From Gammaproteobacteria bacterium (GTDB taxonomy: Bacteria; Pseudomonadota; Gammaproteobacteria; JAJDYQ01), in assembly GCA_022825085.1 (NCBI GenBank), contig JAJDYQ010000107.1:5409-69408 (forward strand): a DNA stretch of 64,000 nt, in the 5' to 3' direction. The stretch's first letter is position 1. Every line of letters starts with the position of its first letter. The notes beneath the pieces are model-generated. The model ran no database searches, was not told where the DNA came from, and saw nothing but the letters and a program-made list of their open reading frames with translations. Of the stretch, positions 1 through 12,200 are shown in pieces. Made by a program: the position numbers and the translations under genes.

Positions 1-1549
1 AAGCTTCCGCCCAGGCCACCATGCCGGCAGCGACATAGGCGTAGTCTTGCAGGCTGACCCGACCGGCCGGTTTGCCGTTATGTATGAAACGCCATAATTG
101 CTCACCATCCCATAGCTGTTCGGCAAGCAGTCGGTAAAGTCTGGCAGCATATGGGCGATACCGGCTGTCCTGTCCGGCTGCCATACTCAGGCTTTCCAGC
201 ATCAGGCCGTTCCAGGCCGCCAGCACTTTGGTGTCAATCGGTAATATGCGATTCTGGCGTACTTTGAGCAGCTTTTGTTGGGCCGATGTCAGCCGTTTTT
301 TCACTTCAGCGGGTTGCAGCCCTGTTTCATTTGAGATCTCAGCAGGGCTGGCCACCTGCTTCAGGTGGTGACCGGCCTCCAGGTAGGGTGCCCCCCGTAC
401 ACCCCAGATCTGACCGGCAACAGTAAGTTCGTCCCCAGTCAACAGGGTTTCAAGTTCGCTGAGCTGCCATAGGTAGTACCCTCCTTCAATACCTTTGTCA
501 TCAACCGCAGACAGGCTGGCATGGAAGCCACCATTATCCGATTGCATTTCACGAATCAGAAAGTCCAGTGTTTCATAGGCTGTATCACGATAATGAGGTC
601 GATCCAGAATATCGGCCGCCTGTAAATATGCCTTGCTCAGCATGGCGTTGTCATACAGCATTTTCTCGAAGTGTGGTATGTCCCATGACGGATCAACGGT
701 ATAGCGGTAAAAACCTCCTCCAATGTGGTCGCGCAGTCCAAGATTGGCCATTTGATCGAACGTCAGTGTCAAAAAACCGGCCATCTCTTCATTCGGGAAT
801 CGCCGCTGGCTTTCCAGCAGGGAAAGCAGGATCGGGGTCATGGGAAATTTGTTCTGGTCACCAAAACCGCCTGAGATATTGTCGGCCCGGGACAGGGCCT
901 GCTGAATCTGCGCCCTCATCAAAAGCGCGTCCATACCGGTTTGCGGCAACTGTGTCGAATAGGTTTGCTGCTCAGGCTTCATGGCATTAAAGGCGTTTAT
1001 GGCAATCTCCCGCAGCCCGTCTTCATCCTCGGCCCAGCGTTGCTGAAGCCGGGTGATTACATTGAGGAAGTTTTCTTGTGGTAAATAGGTCATGCCAACC
1101 AGTGGGTAGCCATCGGGAGTGAGGAAGACATTCAGAGGCCAGCCGGCGTGCCCTGTCGTGCGCTCGGTAAAATCAATCAACCAGGCATCCAGGGCTGGTT
1201 GTAGTTCACGATCAATTTTTACGGCAATGGCCAGCTTATCGAGTTGTTCTGCCAGATGCCGCTCGGAAAAGCTTTCACGCTGCATGACGTGACACCAGTG
1301 GCAGGAAAAGTAGCCGCTCGATATAAAGATAAGTTTACTTTCCTGTTTTGCATGTTTGACGACCTGTTCAGACCAGTCCTGCCAGGCAATCGGGTCGTTG
1401 CCGTGCAGGGCAAGATACGGTGAAGGATGGTTTTGCAGTTGGTTGTCCAGCGGCACCGAGGCACTGACGGGGGTGTGCGCCACAATGATCAGCAGCACCA
1501 AAAACGGGAAAGCAGGGAAGCTGTTTATTTTTATCGTCATTTTGTTATC
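1..1549 (-). CDS. DUF255 thioredoxin-domain protein (YyaL/SPATA20-like), 3-prime partial, runs off window start
   Basis: Minus-strand translation from ATG at 1549 gives MTIKINSFPAFPFLVLLIIVAHTPVSA (signal peptide), then NHPSPYLALHGNDPIAWQDW and the CHWCHVM thioredoxin-like motif typical of DUF255. No stop before position 1, so it is absent from the ORF track. Confidence 0.75.
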
Positions 1550-1642
1550 CACCAGGGTTATATCAGTAGTTTGCCGGTAGCTCCGAAGCATTTTCAGCGG
1601 GATTTTCCCTTCACCGTCATCTTCTGACAGTAACTTTTCAGG

Positions 1643-2623
1643 TCAGTTGCCACTCAGTTCTGCTGGAGGGGGGCGATCTCCAGCGTCGCTGTCCCATTCA
1701 GAGGCTTTGTCCAGCTCGCTTTCCATTTCTTCCTGGGACAGTGGTCTGTAGTCATCCGGATAGGCGGCGGTGCTGTACCCCTTTGGCGGCGCTGCCGCCG
1801 CAGTGGCAGATTGATTCCCGCCTTGAGATGTTCTGACGCTTTCGTCGGCATCCGCTTGCTCATTATGCCCGTTGTCATTCGCCGGCTTGATTAAAATATG
1901 CGACATGATGATGCCACCCTCAAACAGCAGCCACATCGGTAGTGCCAGCATGATCTGTGAGATAACATCCGGCGGGGTCAGTAACATGCCGACAACAAAG
2001 GCGCTGACGATGATGTAGGGACGCTTTTTGGTAAGCGATTCGGCGGTTGTAATACCCATGGCAATTAAAATAATGGTTGCCACCGGCACCTCAAATGCCA
2101 GCCCAAAGGCGAAAAACAGCGCCAGCACAAAATCAAGGTATTTGTTTATGTCGGTCATTACAGCAACGCCCTCTGGAGCAACATTGATCAGAAAACCAAA
2201 TACCAGAGGGAAAACAACGAAATAAGCAAAAGCTACGCCAGCATAAAACAGTACCACGCTTGAGATGAGCAGTGGTACCGCCAGGCGCTTTTCCTTGTGG
2301 TAAAGGCCGGGCGCCACAAAGGCCCATATCTGGTAGAGCAGGTAGGGCATGCCCAGCATAAGCGAGGCGTACATGGCCATCTTCAAAGGCGTCAGAAAGG
2401 GGGATACTACTTCGACGGCGATCATGCTGGAACCCTGCGGCATGTGCGCCAGCAAAGGGGTGGCCAGAAAATTATAGACATCGTTGGCAAAGGGAAATAT
2501 CACCGCAAAAATCAATGCCAGAAAGATGACAATGCGCAGCAGGCGGTCACGTAGTTCAATCAGGTGGGAGATAAATCCCGCTTCGGTATCCGGCAAACCG
2601 GCATCGTCCTCAGACTGACTCAT
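1643..2623 (-). CDS. tatC: Sec-independent protein translocase TatC (with about 70 aa acidic C-terminal extension)
   Basis: 326 aa ORF with a polytopic membrane profile and the TatC-like N-terminus [17 protein letters not shown] overlap with tatB. Confidence 0.9.
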   Translation of the reverse strand: MSQSEDDAGLPDTEAGFISHLIELRDRLLRIVIFLALIFAVIFPFANDVYNFLATPLLAHMPQGSSMIAVEVVSPFLTPLKMAMYASLMLGMPYLLYQIWAFVAPGLYHKEKRLAVPLLISSVVLFYAGVAFAYFVVFPLVFGFLINVAPEGVAVMTDINKYLDFVLALFFAFGLAFEVPVATIILIAMGITTAESLTKKRPYIIVSAFVVGMLLTPPDVISQIMLALPMWLLFEGGIIMSHILIKPANDNGHNEQADADESVRTSQGGNQSATAAAAPPKGYSTAAYPDDYRPLSQEEMESELDKASEWDSDAGDRPPPAELSGN

Positions 2624-3000
2624 GGCTCAATATGTCCCTGAGAGGCAGGCTTCGAGGGGGCTCTTTCATCCCTGCCATCGGATAGGTCTGGGCCGGTCTC
2701 CGATAGATTGCCAGCCTTGATGCCATTGCTCAGGTTCTGTTTGACTTGCCCGGCAACCTGTCTGGTCTCTTCAACAATTTCATAGATGTCGTCCATGGCA
2801 TTTTGTTTGTCGAGCACTTTTTTTAGTTCTTCAGCCGCCAGTTCCTTGTCAATCTCCGATTTTGCATCGGTCACAAAGCGCCTGACTCTGCCGACCCACA
2901 GGCCAACCGTGCGGGCAAGACCGGGCAGACGCTCCGGGCCAACCACAATGAGGCCAACCAGCAGAATCATGATGATTTCCCAGAAACCGAAGTCAAACAT
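2620..3000 (-). CDS. tatB: Tat translocase subunit TatB
   Basis: 126 aa; [27 protein letters not shown]-terminal TM plus amphipathic helix. Lies between tatA and tatC. Confidence 0.9.
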   Translation of the reverse strand: MFDFGFWEIIMILLVGLIVVGPERLPGLARTVGLWVGRVRRFVTDAKSEIDKELAAEELKKVLDKQNAMDDIYEIVEETRQVAGQVKQNLSNGIKAGNLSETGPDLSDGRDERAPSKPASQGHIEP

Positions 3001-3065
3001 GGGCGGGACTGGATCGCGAGGCCGGAACGCTGCCGTATCGGCAAGGTCGTCCGCAACCTGAGTCG

Positions 3066-3299
3066 CTAGGCCTGCTCTTTCTTTTCAGACACTTTTTCCT
3101 CGTCGAATCTGCTGTCCGCCATGCTTTCAAGGGAATCCGCCGAAGGCTGATCTTCACCTTCCTTCAGCGATTTCTTGAAATTTTTGATCGCACCACCCAA
3201 ATCTGTGCCAACATTGCGTAATTTTTTGGTGCCAAACAGTAGAATCACAATCAACAGGATCAATATGATTGAACCGGGGCCAATACCACCAAAACCCAT
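3066..3299 (-). CDS. tatA: Tat translocase subunit TatA
   Basis: 77 aa; [43 protein letters not shown] matches the TatA/E family. Confidence 0.9.
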   Translation of the reverse strand: MGFGGIGPGSIILILLIVILLFGTKKLRNVGTDLGGAIKNFKKSLKEGEDQPSADSLESMADSRFDEEKVSEKKEQA

Positions 3300-3441
3300 C
3301 TTCCTTCTCCTAAATAATGACTGTATTGAGGGATAGTATCAGAGATAAGGGCATCGCGTGTGAAATTAATGCACATATCTACTCCATTTGTCCGAGTCAG
3401 CGCAGCAGACTAATGGCATGGGTCGGTACCGATTGCGCTGC

Positions 3442-4407
3442 CTAAAAGCGAATATTGTCCAGACTGGAAAGATACCATTGGTAGGTTTGTTGCAAACCGC
3501 TTTCCAGCGGGATGGATGACTGCCAGCCCAGTGACTTCAATTTGGATACTTCCATTAGTTTGCGAGGTGACCCATCGGGCTTGCTGTCATCAAAAACAAG
3601 CTGCCCATCAAATCCGGTCACTTTTGCAACGGTTTCGGCCAGTTCTCTTATGGTGCAGTCAACTCCGCTGCCTACGTTTATATGCGATAGCATCGGCTGC
3701 GTCTTCGATTGGTAGATTGCCGGCTCCAGTTCCATGACAAATATACTGGCTGCCGCCATGTCATCTACATGCAGAAATTCCCGCCTGGGCCTGCCGCTCC
3801 CCCAGATGACGATTTCATCATGTCCTTCAGTTACAGCATCGTGGAATCGCCTCAATAAACCAGGTATGACATGGGAGTTTTCCGCATGAAAGTTGTCACC
3901 CGGCCCGTAAAGATTGGTCGGCATTACACTACGATAGTTACGCTGATATTGGCGATTGTAGCTTTCGCATAGTTTAATGCCTGCAATTTTTGCAATCGCA
4001 TATGGCTCATTGGTCGGTTCAAGTGGACCGGTCAGGAGCGCATCTTCGCGCATTGGTTGCTCGGCACAACGCGGATAAATACATGAGGAACCCAGAAAAA
4101 GAATATTATTCACGTCGCTAAAGTGTGCAGCATGTATAATATTCGCCTCAATCATCATGTTCTGATAGATAAACTCCGCGGGACAGGTGTTGTTTGCTTG
4201 TATGCCACCTACTTTTGCAGCGGCCACATAGATGTCGTCAATTTTATGTTTCTGAAAAAAAGCCGATACCTGAGCCTGACTGGTCAGATCACATTCCTGA
4301 CGTGAGGCTGTGATAATATTTTCATATCCTCTCTCTTTCAGTTGTCTGACAATGGCCGCTCCTGCCATCCCTCGATGACCGGCAACAAAAATGGTTTTAT
4401 CTGTCAT
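3442..4407 (-). CDS. fcl: GDP-L-fucose synthase (GDP-4-keto-6-deoxymannose 3,5-epimerase/4-reductase)
   Basis: 321 aa. [31 protein letters not shown] and GSSCIYP motifs closely match E. coli Fcl/WcaG. Confidence 0.9.
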   Translation of the reverse strand: MTDKTIFVAGHRGMAGAAIVRQLKERGYENIITASRQECDLTSQAQVSAFFQKHKIDDIYVAAAKVGGIQANNTCPAEFIYQNMMIEANIIHAAHFSDVNNILFLGSSCIYPRCAEQPMREDALLTGPLEPTNEPYAIAKIAGIKLCESYNRQYQRNYRSVMPTNLYGPGDNFHAENSHVIPGLLRRFHDAVTEGHDEIVIWGSGRPRREFLHVDDMAAASIFVMELEPAIYQSKTQPMLSHINVGSGVDCTIRELAETVAKVTGFDGQLVFDDSKPDGSPRKLMEVSKLKSLGWQSSIPLESGLQQTYQWYLSSLDNIRF

Positions 4408-4446
4408 AAAGAGTCGTTAGTCGCAGGCAGTTGAGAGTGTTGCTTA

Positions 4447-5538
4447 CTAAGCAGGCTTTTCCAGCAAGGCGTGATTTCTGGCATCTTTAATATCTCTGGC
4501 TATCATCTCTTTGCACATTTCTTCAACGGTAATTTCCGGAACCCAGCCCAACTCATCTCTGGCTTTGGTGGCGTCACCAAGCAGCGTATTTACCTCAGCA
4601 GGACGAAAATATTGCGAATCAATCAATACTATTTGATCACCAATCGACAGCGCCGGGGCATCATCTCCTGTAATATGCTCAACGATACCAACTTCATCCG
4701 TCCCCTCTCCCTCGAAACGCAGTGTAATGCCTAACATGGAGGCTGACATACACACAAAATCTCTTACGGTCATCTGCTTGCCCGTCGCAATAACAAGGTC
4801 CTTTGGCTGTTCCTGTTGAAGCATCATCCATTGTGTACGCACATAGTCTTTGGCATGGCCCCAGTCTCTCAGCGCATCCAACTGCCCCAGGCAAAGACAT
4901 TTTTGCAGGCCCTGCGCCACCCTGGATAAATCACGTGTAATTTTACGGGTAACAAACGTTTCACCGCGCCTTGGTGATTCATGATTAAACAAAATCCCGT
5001 TACAGGCAAAAATTCCGTATGCCTCTCTGTAATTGATCGTTATCCAGTAGGCATACAGCTTGGCAACCGCATACGGGCTTCGCGGGTAAAACGGGGTGGT
5101 TTCTTTCTGTGGAATCTCTTGAACAAGACCATAAAGCTCGGATGTTGATGCCTGATAATAGCGCACCTTGTTTGACAGGCCAAGAGTATGAACAGCCTCC
5201 AGAATTCGTAGAGCACCGAGGCCAACCATATTGGCAGTGTATTCAGGTATTTCAAAACTTATTCCCACATGGGATTGCGAGGCCAGATTATATATTTCAT
5301 CAGGCTGGACTTTTTCGATGATCCTGAGAGTATTTATACTGTCTGTCAAATCACCGTAATGCAGAAAGAAATGTTGGTTTCGTTCATGCTTATCCTGATA
5401 AATATGATTTATTCTCTCGGTATTAAAGGAGGAGAAGCGGCGCTTGACTCCATGCACCTCATATCCCTTATCCAGCAGAAATTCGGCAAGATAGGAACCG
5501 TCCTGGCCGGTGACGCCTGTAATTAATGCTTTTTTCAC
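4447..5538 (-). CDS. gmd: GDP-mannose 4,6-dehydratase
   Basis: 363 aa; [28 protein letters not shown]-terminus is canonical Gmd. Start ATG overlaps the thrS stop (ATGA). Confidence 0.92.
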   Translation of the reverse strand: MKKALITGVTGQDGSYLAEFLLDKGYEVHGVKRRFSSFNTERINHIYQDKHERNQHFFLHYGDLTDSINTLRIIEKVQPDEIYNLASQSHVGISFEIPEYTANMVGLGALRILEAVHTLGLSNKVRYYQASTSELYGLVQEIPQKETTPFYPRSPYAVAKLYAYWITINYREAYGIFACNGILFNHESPRRGETFVTRKITRDLSRVAQGLQKCLCLGQLDALRDWGHAKDYVRTQWMMLQQEQPKDLVIATGKQMTVRDFVCMSASMLGITLRFEGEGTDEVGIVEHITGDDAPALSIGDQIVLIDSQYFRPAEVNTLLGDATKARDELGWVPEITVEEMCKEMIARDIKDARNHALLEKPA

Positions 5539-7472
5539 TGAATTTGCTCCTCTATTTTGGTGCGACCATGGCTATCAACTTCCTGTACAAGCCTTTCGAT
5601 AAACACTTCAATCGGCATGCTGCCCATGTCTGTGCCATTTCTTGTGCGCACAGATACGGTTTTCTGCTCCATTTCTCTGTCACCTGCTATTAACTGAAAG
5701 GGGATGCGCTGCATACTGAGCTCGCGTATTTTTAGTCCGATCTTTTCATTTCTGAGGTCAGCCTCGGCCCTTATGCCTCGCTCGACAAGCATTGCCTGAA
5801 CCTGTCTGGCATACTCTTCGTGTTTGCTCGTGATATTGATGACGGTAACCTGTACAGGCGATAGCCAGACAGGCAGTGAGCCTGCATAATGTTCTATGAG
5901 TATCCCTATGAAGCGCTCAAAAGATCCCAGAATCGCTCTGTGCAACATGACGGGCACCTGCTTTTCACTGTTTTCATCGATATAATGCGCATCCAGCCGT
6001 CCGGGCATCGAAAAATCGACCTGCATCGTGCCACATTGCCAGACTCGACCTATGCAGTCTTTCATGGAAAACTCGATTTTCGGACCGTAAAAAGCACCCT
6101 CTCCCGATAGTTCTTCCCAAGGCAGCCCATGGTGGTCCAGCGCATCGGCCAGCGCCTTTTCTGCCCTGTCCCAGTCTGCATCGCTGCCTACCCGTTGTTC
6201 CGGGCGCGTGGAAAGCCGGTAAATTATCTCCTCAAAACCAAAGTCAAGATATACTTCGTGCAGAAAGTCTATAAAGCGTGAAACTTCTGGCTGGATCTGT
6301 TGCTCAGTACAAAAAATATGGGCGTCATCCTGAGTAAAGCCGCGCACACGCATCAGACCGTGTAATGCGCCCGAAAGCTCATTACGGTGGCATGAACCAA
6401 ATTCTGCAAGCCGCAGTGGTAAATCACGGTAGCTTTTTAGTCCCTGATTGAACACCTGTATATGACACGGGCAGTTCATGGGCTTGATGGCGAAGTTTCT
6501 GTCTTCCGATTTGACGGCAAACATGTCATCACCAAACTTGGAGGCATGCCCCGATTTTTCCCACAGCGAGTAGTCAATTATCTGTGGAGTGTTGATCTCT
6601 TTGTAACCATGGGTGTGCAGCTTCTGCCGCATATAGTTTTCAATGGTTTTATAGATTGTCCAGCCCTTGTCATGCCAGAAAACCATGCCCGGCGCCTCTT
6701 CCTGCATGTGGAAAAGGTTTTGCTGCCTGCCAATTCTACGGTGATCACGCTTTTCTGCTTCTTCCATCTGGTGCAGATGCTGCTTGAGCTGTTTTTTGTC
6801 TGCCCAGGCGGTGCCGTAAATGCGTTGCAGCATTTCATTATTGGAGTCACCGCGCCAGTAGGCCCCGGCAATCTTCATCAGCTTGTAGGCTTTCGGTAGT
6901 TTGCCTGTGCTTGGAAGGTGGGGGCCACGGCAAACATCAAACCAGTCGCCCTGACGATATATCGATATCGTCTCTCCAGCCGGTATCGCTTTAATGATCT
7001 GGACTTTGTACTCCTCACCAATTTTCTGAAATGTCCCGATCGCCTGATCACGGCTCCATTCTTCCCGTTCTATCGGCAGATTACGGCCCACGATTTCATT
7101 CATCCTGGCTTCTATCTTCTGCAAATCATCCGGAGTGAACGGCTGTTCACGCGCAAAGTCGTAGTAAAAGCCATTTTCTATCGCAGGACCTATGGTAACC
7201 TGGGTACCGGGATACAGTTCCTGAACGGCTTGGGCCATGACATGCGCCGCATCGTGGCGAATCAGCTCAAGTGCTTCCGCATTTTTGGCAGTAATGATCG
7301 ATAATTCGGCATCCTCCGTGATAAGGTAAGATGTATCCACCATCCTGTTATCGACCTTGCCCGCCAGGGCTGCTCCGGCGAGACCCGAACCAATATCCCG
7401 GGCCACCTGCATGACCGTTACCGGATGATCAAATTGACGTTGGCTGCCATCCGGCAGAGTGATGTTTGGCAT
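5535..7472 (-). CDS. thrS: Threonine--tRNA ligase
   Basis: The ORF is open to 7565, but the conserved ThrS N-terminus [14 protein letters not shown] begins at 7472. The upstream extension overlaps tRNA-Val and is not coding. Confidence 0.92.
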   Translation of the reverse strand: MPNITLPDGSQRQFDHPVTVMQVARDIGSGLAGAALAGKVDNRMVDTSYLITEDAELSIITAKNAEALELIRHDAAHVMAQAVQELYPGTQVTIGPAIENGFYYDFAREQPFTPDDLQKIEARMNEIVGRNLPIEREEWSRDQAIGTFQKIGEEYKVQIIKAIPAGETISIYRQGDWFDVCRGPHLPSTGKLPKAYKLMKIAGAYWRGDSNNEMLQRIYGTAWADKKQLKQHLHQMEEAEKRDHRRIGRQQNLFHMQEEAPGMVFWHDKGWTIYKTIENYMRQKLHTHGYKEINTPQIIDYSLWEKSGHASKFGDDMFAVKSEDRNFAIKPMNCPCHIQVFNQGLKSYRDLPLRLAEFGSCHRNELSGALHGLMRVRGFTQDDAHIFCTEQQIQPEVSRFIDFLHEVYLDFGFEEIIYRLSTRPEQRVGSDADWDRAEKALADALDHHGLPWEELSGEGAFYGPKIEFSMKDCIGRVWQCGTMQVDFSMPGRLDAHYIDENSEKQVPVMLHRAILGSFERFIGILIEHYAGSLPVWLSPVQVTVINITSKHEEYARQVQAMLVERGIRAEADLRNEKIGLKIRELSMQRIPFQLIAGDREMEQKTVSVRTRNGTDMGSMPIEVFIERLVQEVDSHGRTKIEEQIQ

Positions 7473-7526
7473 TATGTTGTCCTTTTCAGTGGCGACCCTT
7501 ACGTGAGGCCGCGTGAGTATGGGATT

Positions 7527-7602
7527 GGTAGGCACGATTGGACTCGAACCAACGACCCCCACCATGTCAAGGTGGTGCTCTAACCAGCTGAGCTACGCGC
7601 CT
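7527..7602 (-). tRNA. tRNA-Val (anticodon GAC)
   Basis: Reverse complement AGGCGCGTAGCTCAGCTGGTTAGAGCACCACCTTGACATGGTGGGGGTCGTTGGTTCGAGTCCAATCGTGCCTACCA. Cloverleaf with anticodon loop TTGACAT; near-identical to E. coli tRNA-Val2. Confidence 0.9.
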
Positions 7603-7784
7603 GAAGCTTGAAAACAAGTGCGCGATCATACCAGCACATATACCCGTTGTCAATCCCAAATCAGGGGAGAAGTCTCAACAGATCATCCGACACACATCCG
7701 GCATGAAAAGACTGCTCTTCGCACCAAAATGAATCGGTTGCTGTGCTTTAGGGATATATCTCCGGCATCACCAATGATTCCGAT

Positions 7785-9833
7785 CTAATCAGCATTTTCA
7801 TGGGTGCCTACAAAGTTTTCGTTAATGTCATTGATCTGGTCCCTGATGGCGGCCGCCTGCTCAAATTCAAGGTTGCGGGCGTGTTGATACATCTTCTGCT
7901 CCAGTTGCCTGATCTGTCTGGCCAGTTGGCCGGGCGACATGCCAGAGTAGCTTTGCTTTGTCTCGGCTGCTTTTAATCCTCTGGATTTTTTCCTCGCATA
8001 TCCGGAGTCTCTGCCGGGGACCGCTTCCATAATGTCGCTGATCTTTCTTTGGACGGATTGTGGTGTAATGCCGTGTTTTTCATTGTGTGCAATCTGCTTT
8101 GCCCGGCGTCGCCCGGTTTCATCAATCGCTCTTTGCATGGAACCGGTGATTCTGTCGGCATATAAAATCGCCTTGCCGTTTATATTACGTGCGGTTCGCC
8201 CGATGGTCTGAATAAGCGATCCCTCCGACCTCAGAAAGCCCTCCTTATCGGCATCAAGAATCGCCACTAACGAAACCTCCGGCATATCCAGGCCCTCGCG
8301 CAGCAGGTTGATACCTACCAGCACATCAAACTCACCGGCTCTCAAGTCCCGGATAATCTCCACCCGCTCCACGGTATCAATATCGGAGTGCAGATAACGC
8401 ACACGTATCCCGTGTTCGTTCAAATACTCTGTCAAATCCTCTGCCATACGCTTGGTCAGAGTTGTAATCAATACACGCTCATTCGCTTTTACACGGAGAC
8501 GAATTTCGGACATCACATCATCGACCTGAGTCACAGCAGGCCGGATATCGACCTGTGGGTCAACCAGCCCGGTAGGTCTGACAACCTGCTCTACCACGTC
8601 AGGATTCTTTTTCAGTTCATAAGGCCCAGGGGTCGCTGATACATAAATCGTTTGAGGTGATCGTGCTGCAAACTCTTCAAACTTCAGAGGCCGATTGTCC
8701 AAGGCGGAAGGTAACCGAAACCCGTATTCCACCAGATTTTCTTTTCGGGAGCGGTCACCTCGATACATCCCGCCTATCTGGGGTACCGTGACGTGACTTT
8801 CGTCAATAATCATGATCGCATTGCCGGGAAGGTAGTCAAGCAGGGTGGGCGGTGGTTCACCGGGTGCCCTGCCGGTCAGCAAACGCGAGTAGTTTTCAAT
8901 TCCCTTGCAGTGTCCGAGCTCTTGCAGCATTTCCATATCGTAATGTGTGCGTTGCTGCAGCCGCTGCGCCTCAACCAGCTTGTCCATCGTGTGGAGTTGT
9001 TCCAGACGCTCTTTGAGTTCCTCCCGAATTTTTTCGATGGCGTTGATAACTCGGTCCCGTGGAGTGACATAGTGGCTGGTCGGATAAATAGTCAGGCGCG
9101 GTACGGCTCTCTGTACATGACCAGTCAGAGGATCAAACCAGCTCAGGCTCTCAATTTCATCATCAAACAGCTCGACCCGAACGGCTTCCTGTTCCGACTC
9201 CGCCGGAAAAATATCAATCACATCACCACGCACCCGAAAGGTACCGCGATGCAGCTCAATATCATTCCGTTCATATTGCAGAGCAGCCAGTCGGCGTAAA
9301 ATTTCCCGCTGGCTGATTTCATGCCCCCGGGCCAGATGCAAAACCATACTGAGGTAGGCCTGTGGGTCACCCAAACCATATATGGCGGAAACCGATGCGA
9401 CAATGATGGCATCCGAGCGCTCCAGCAATACCCGGGTCGCCGACAATCGCATCTGTTCAATATGTTCATTTATGGCACTGTCTTTTTCTATGTAGATGTC
9501 ACTTGAAGGTATATAGGCCTCTGGCTGGTAGTAATCATAGTAGGAAACAAAATACTCAACCCGGTTATCCGGGAAAAATTCCTTCATCTCACCGTATAAC
9601 TGGGCAGCCAGAGTTTTATTGGGTGCCAGCACAATAGCCGGGCGCCGCACACGCTGAATGACATTGGCCACCGTGAAAGTCTTGCCAGACCCTGTCACAC
9701 CCAATAACGTTTGGTGGGCAAGACCGCTTTCCAGCCCCTCAACCAGTGCATCAATGGCACCAGGTTGATCACCTGCCGGTTGAAATTCACTACGCAGGGA
9801 AAATTCCTTCTGCTCTGTTTTATGTTCAGGCAT
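7785..9833 (-). CDS. uvrB: Excinuclease ABC subunit B
   Basis: 682 aa; GVTGSGKTF Walker [15 protein letters not shown], and a C-terminal UvrB/UvrC interaction region ([13 protein letters not shown]). Confidence 0.95.
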   Translation of the reverse strand: MPEHKTEQKEFSLRSEFQPAGDQPGAIDALVEGLESGLAHQTLLGVTGSGKTFTVANVIQRVRRPAIVLAPNKTLAAQLYGEMKEFFPDNRVEYFVSYYDYYQPEAYIPSSDIYIEKDSAINEHIEQMRLSATRVLLERSDAIIVASVSAIYGLGDPQAYLSMVLHLARGHEISQREILRRLAALQYERNDIELHRGTFRVRGDVIDIFPAESEQEAVRVELFDDEIESLSWFDPLTGHVQRAVPRLTIYPTSHYVTPRDRVINAIEKIREELKERLEQLHTMDKLVEAQRLQQRTHYDMEMLQELGHCKGIENYSRLLTGRAPGEPPPTLLDYLPGNAIMIIDESHVTVPQIGGMYRGDRSRKENLVEYGFRLPSALDNRPLKFEEFAARSPQTIYVSATPGPYELKKNPDVVEQVVRPTGLVDPQVDIRPAVTQVDDVMSEIRLRVKANERVLITTLTKRMAEDLTEYLNEHGIRVRYLHSDIDTVERVEIIRDLRAGEFDVLVGINLLREGLDMPEVSLVAILDADKEGFLRSEGSLIQTIGRTARNINGKAILYADRITGSMQRAIDETGRRRAKQIAHNEKHGITPQSVQRKISDIMEAVPGRDSGYARKKSRGLKAAETKQSYSGMSPGQLARQIRQLEQKMYQHARNLEFEQAAAIRDQINDINENFVGTHENAD

Positions 9834-9930
9834 ATTCGGGTTTTATCGCTTTGTTATCCAGTCAGAATTCCAGTATGATAGGTATTTGCTTTTCAGCCGT
9901 ATCCAAACAAACATTTTAAGGTAGCATACA

Positions 9931-11115
9931 TTGTCCAGAGCACTTTCAAATCGCGTTCAAAAGGTCAGGCCCTCACCAACCCTGGCAATCACCGCCCAGG
10001 CTGCCGAGCTCCGCGCCCAGGGAAAGGATGTCATAAGCCTCGGGGCCGGAGAGCCGGATTTTGACACCCCCGCGCACATCAAGTCAGCCGCCGCTGAGGC
10101 GATACAGTCCGGATTTACCAAATATACCGCTGTTGACGGCACGACAGAATTAAAATCCGCCATCATCGATAAGTTCAGACGTGATAACAACCTCGAATTT
10201 ACGGAAGATCAGATCCTGGTTTCGTGTGGTGCCAAGCATGGCTTTTACAATCTGTGTCAGGCGATTATCAACCCCGGCGACGAGGTTGTTATCCCGGCCC
10301 CTTACTGGGTTTCCTATCCGGATATAGTACTACTGGCAAATGGCATACCTGTCATTATAGAGGCAGGGATGGAGCAGCATTTCAAGATCACGCCGGAGCA
10401 ACTGGACTCGGTTATCACGGATAAAACCCGGCTTTTTGTCATCAATAGTCCGTCCAACCCGACGGGTGTCGCCTATAGCCGTGCGGAACTGGAAGCGCTG
10501 GGCGAGGTTTTGCGCCACTATCCGCAGGTGTTCATCATAACAGATGATATATATGAACATATTATCTGGGGTGAGCAGCCTTTCTGCAATATCGCCATGA
10601 CCTGTCCCGACCTGTCAGACCGTATCATGGTGCTGAATGGCGTCTCCAAAGCATATGCCATGACAGGCTGGCGCATCGGCTATGCGGGCGGGCCTGCTGA
10701 GGTTATTAAGGCGATGAAAAAGATACAATCGCAAAGTACATCCAATCCAGCTTCAATTTCTCAGGCTGCATCTGTGGCAGCTCTGAACGGCAGTCAGTCG
10801 TGCGTCACCAGCATGGTTGCTGAATTTAAGAAACGTCACGATTATGTCGTTGATCTGTTTAACCAGATTCCAGGAATATCCTGTCTGGCCGGCGACGGTA
10901 CTTTTTATGCCTTCCCCAATGCCAGCGAGGCAATAGCAAATAAGCCCGGTATCAGCAATGATCTTGAGCTGGCTTCTTTTCTGATTAATGAAGGCGGCGT
11001 CGCCATCGTTCCAGGCAGTGCCTTTGGCTCTTCAGGCAGTTTTCGTGTATCCTTCGCAACCAGCATGGAAAGCCTGCAGTCTGCAATGGAAAGAATATCG
11101 GCAATATTGACCTGA
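9931..11115 (+). CDS. Class I/II (AspC-family) aminotransferase
   Basis: 394 aa; PLP-lysine context SKAYAMTGWRIGY. Fold-type I aminotransferase pattern. Confidence 0.85.
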   Translation: MSRALSNRVQKVRPSPTLAITAQAAELRAQGKDVISLGAGEPDFDTPAHIKSAAAEAIQSGFTKYTAVDGTTELKSAIIDKFRRDNNLEFTEDQILVSCGAKHGFYNLCQAIINPGDEVVIPAPYWVSYPDIVLLANGIPVIIEAGMEQHFKITPEQLDSVITDKTRLFVINSPSNPTGVAYSRAELEALGEVLRHYPQVFIITDDIYEHIIWGEQPFCNIAMTCPDLSDRIMVLNGVSKAYAMTGWRIGYAGGPAEVIKAMKKIQSQSTSNPASISQAASVAALNGSQSCVTSMVAEFKKRHDYVVDLFNQIPGISCLAGDGTFYAFPNASEAIANKPGISNDLELASFLINEGGVAIVPGSAFGSSGSFRVSFATSMESLQSAMERISAILT

Positions 11116-11203
11116 GTGAGTAAAAAATATGTTCGGGCATGTACCAGTCTCGAAACATATTGCAAAAGTTGCCATGTTGCAGTAGGGTATGCGCCCTTGC
11201 CAA

Positions 11204-11279
11204 TCCCCTGTAGCTCAGTTGGTAGAGCAAATGACTGTTAATCATTGGGTCGCTGGTTCGAGCCCGGCCGGGGGAGCCA
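11204..11279 (+). tRNA. tRNA-Asn (anticodon GTT)
   Basis: TCCCCTGTAGCTCAGTTGGTAGAGCAAATGACTGTTAATCATTGGGTCGCTGGTTCGAGCCCGGCCGGGGGAGCCA; anticodon loop CTGTTAA; CCA end. Confidence 0.9.
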
Positions 11280-11286
11280 TTCAACT

Positions 11287-11316
11287 AAAAAAGGCCGCTT
11301 TACGCGGCCTTTTTTA
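11287..11316. terminator. Bidirectional rho-independent terminator (A-run, GGCCGC/GCGGCC stem, T-run)
   Basis: AAAAAAGGCCGCTTTACGCGGCCTTTTTT lies between the tRNA-Asn 3-prime end and the galU stop. Confidence 0.7.
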
Positions 11317-11330
11317 TCAGCCATCCTGGC

Positions 11331-12200
11331 TTATAGCTCATTGAGGTATTTCCTGAATCCGTCAGCCAGATCCGGGTGCTTCATTGCATACTGAACCGTC
11401 GCCTTCAGGAAACCCAGCTTTGAACCACAATCATATCGGGTTCCGTGAAAGCGAAAAGCATAAACATCCTGCTGTCGCGCCAGAATCGCTATGGCATCAG
11501 TCAACTGGTTCTCTCCATCGGCATCTCGCCCGACCTTTGCCAAAATAGGGAATATCTCAGGCTGCAGAATATAGCGACCAATAACGGCCAGACGGGATGG
11601 CGCTTCTGTTCGGCACGGCTTCTCAACCATATGCCTCACGCGCGCAGGGCTGCTCTTGTCATCATCAACACTGACCACTCCATAGGCAGCGATGTCTTCA
11701 TCGGGCACCTCATCCACGGCGATAACGCTGCCGCCGGTCTGCTTTTGTACATCAACCATCTGCCCCAGACAGCCTGTTTCATGATCAACCATATCATCCG
11801 GTAGAATGACTGCAAAGGACTCATTGCTAACAACCGGTCTGGCACATAATACCGCATGGCCTAAACCAAGCGGATGAGATTGCCGAATGAAACTGCAACT
11901 GACATGCGGTGGAATAATGTTACGGACAATCTCAAGCAGACCGGCCTTTTGTCGAGACTCCAGCTCGGTCTCCAACTCCACGGCAGCATCAAAGTGGTCC
12001 TCAATGGATTTTTTGGTTCGTCCGGTTACAAAAACCATATGGTCACAACCCGCTTCCACAGCTTCTTCAACCGCATACTGGATTAACGGCTTGTCCACTA
12101 TGGGCAGCATCTCCTTGGCAACAGCCTTGGTTGCCGGCAGAAAGCGAGTGCCTAGCCCACCCACGGGAAAAACAGCTTTTTTGATGATCGGCTGTGTCAT
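11331..12200 (-). CDS. galU: UTP--glucose-1-phosphate uridylyltransferase
   Basis: 289 aa; KAVFPVGGLGTRFLPATKAVAKEMLPIVDKPLIQY is canonical GalU. Confidence 0.92.
   Translation of the reverse strand: MTQPIIKKAVFPVGGLGTRFLPATKAVAKEMLPIVDKPLIQYAVEEAVEAGCDHMVFVTGRTKKSIEDHFDAAVELETELESRQKAGLLEIVRNIIPPHVSCSFIRQSHPLGLGHAVLCARPVVSNESFAVILPDDMVDHETGCLGQMVDVQKQTGGSVIAVDEVPDEDIAAYGVVSVDDDKSSPARVRHMVEKPCRTEAPSRLAVIGRYILQPEIFPILAKVGRDADGENQLTDAIAILARQQDVYAFRFHGTRYDCGSKLGFLKATVQYAMKHPDLADGFRKYLNEL

Noticed and set aside
568-990. 140-aa plus-strand ORF
   Set aside because: Antisense to the well-supported DUF255 gene. Arg/Ser/Cys-rich, non-protein-like composition.
9834-9930. LexA (SOS) box in the uvrB/aminotransferase divergent promoter
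   Set aside because: No CTGT-N8-ACAG match found by eye.
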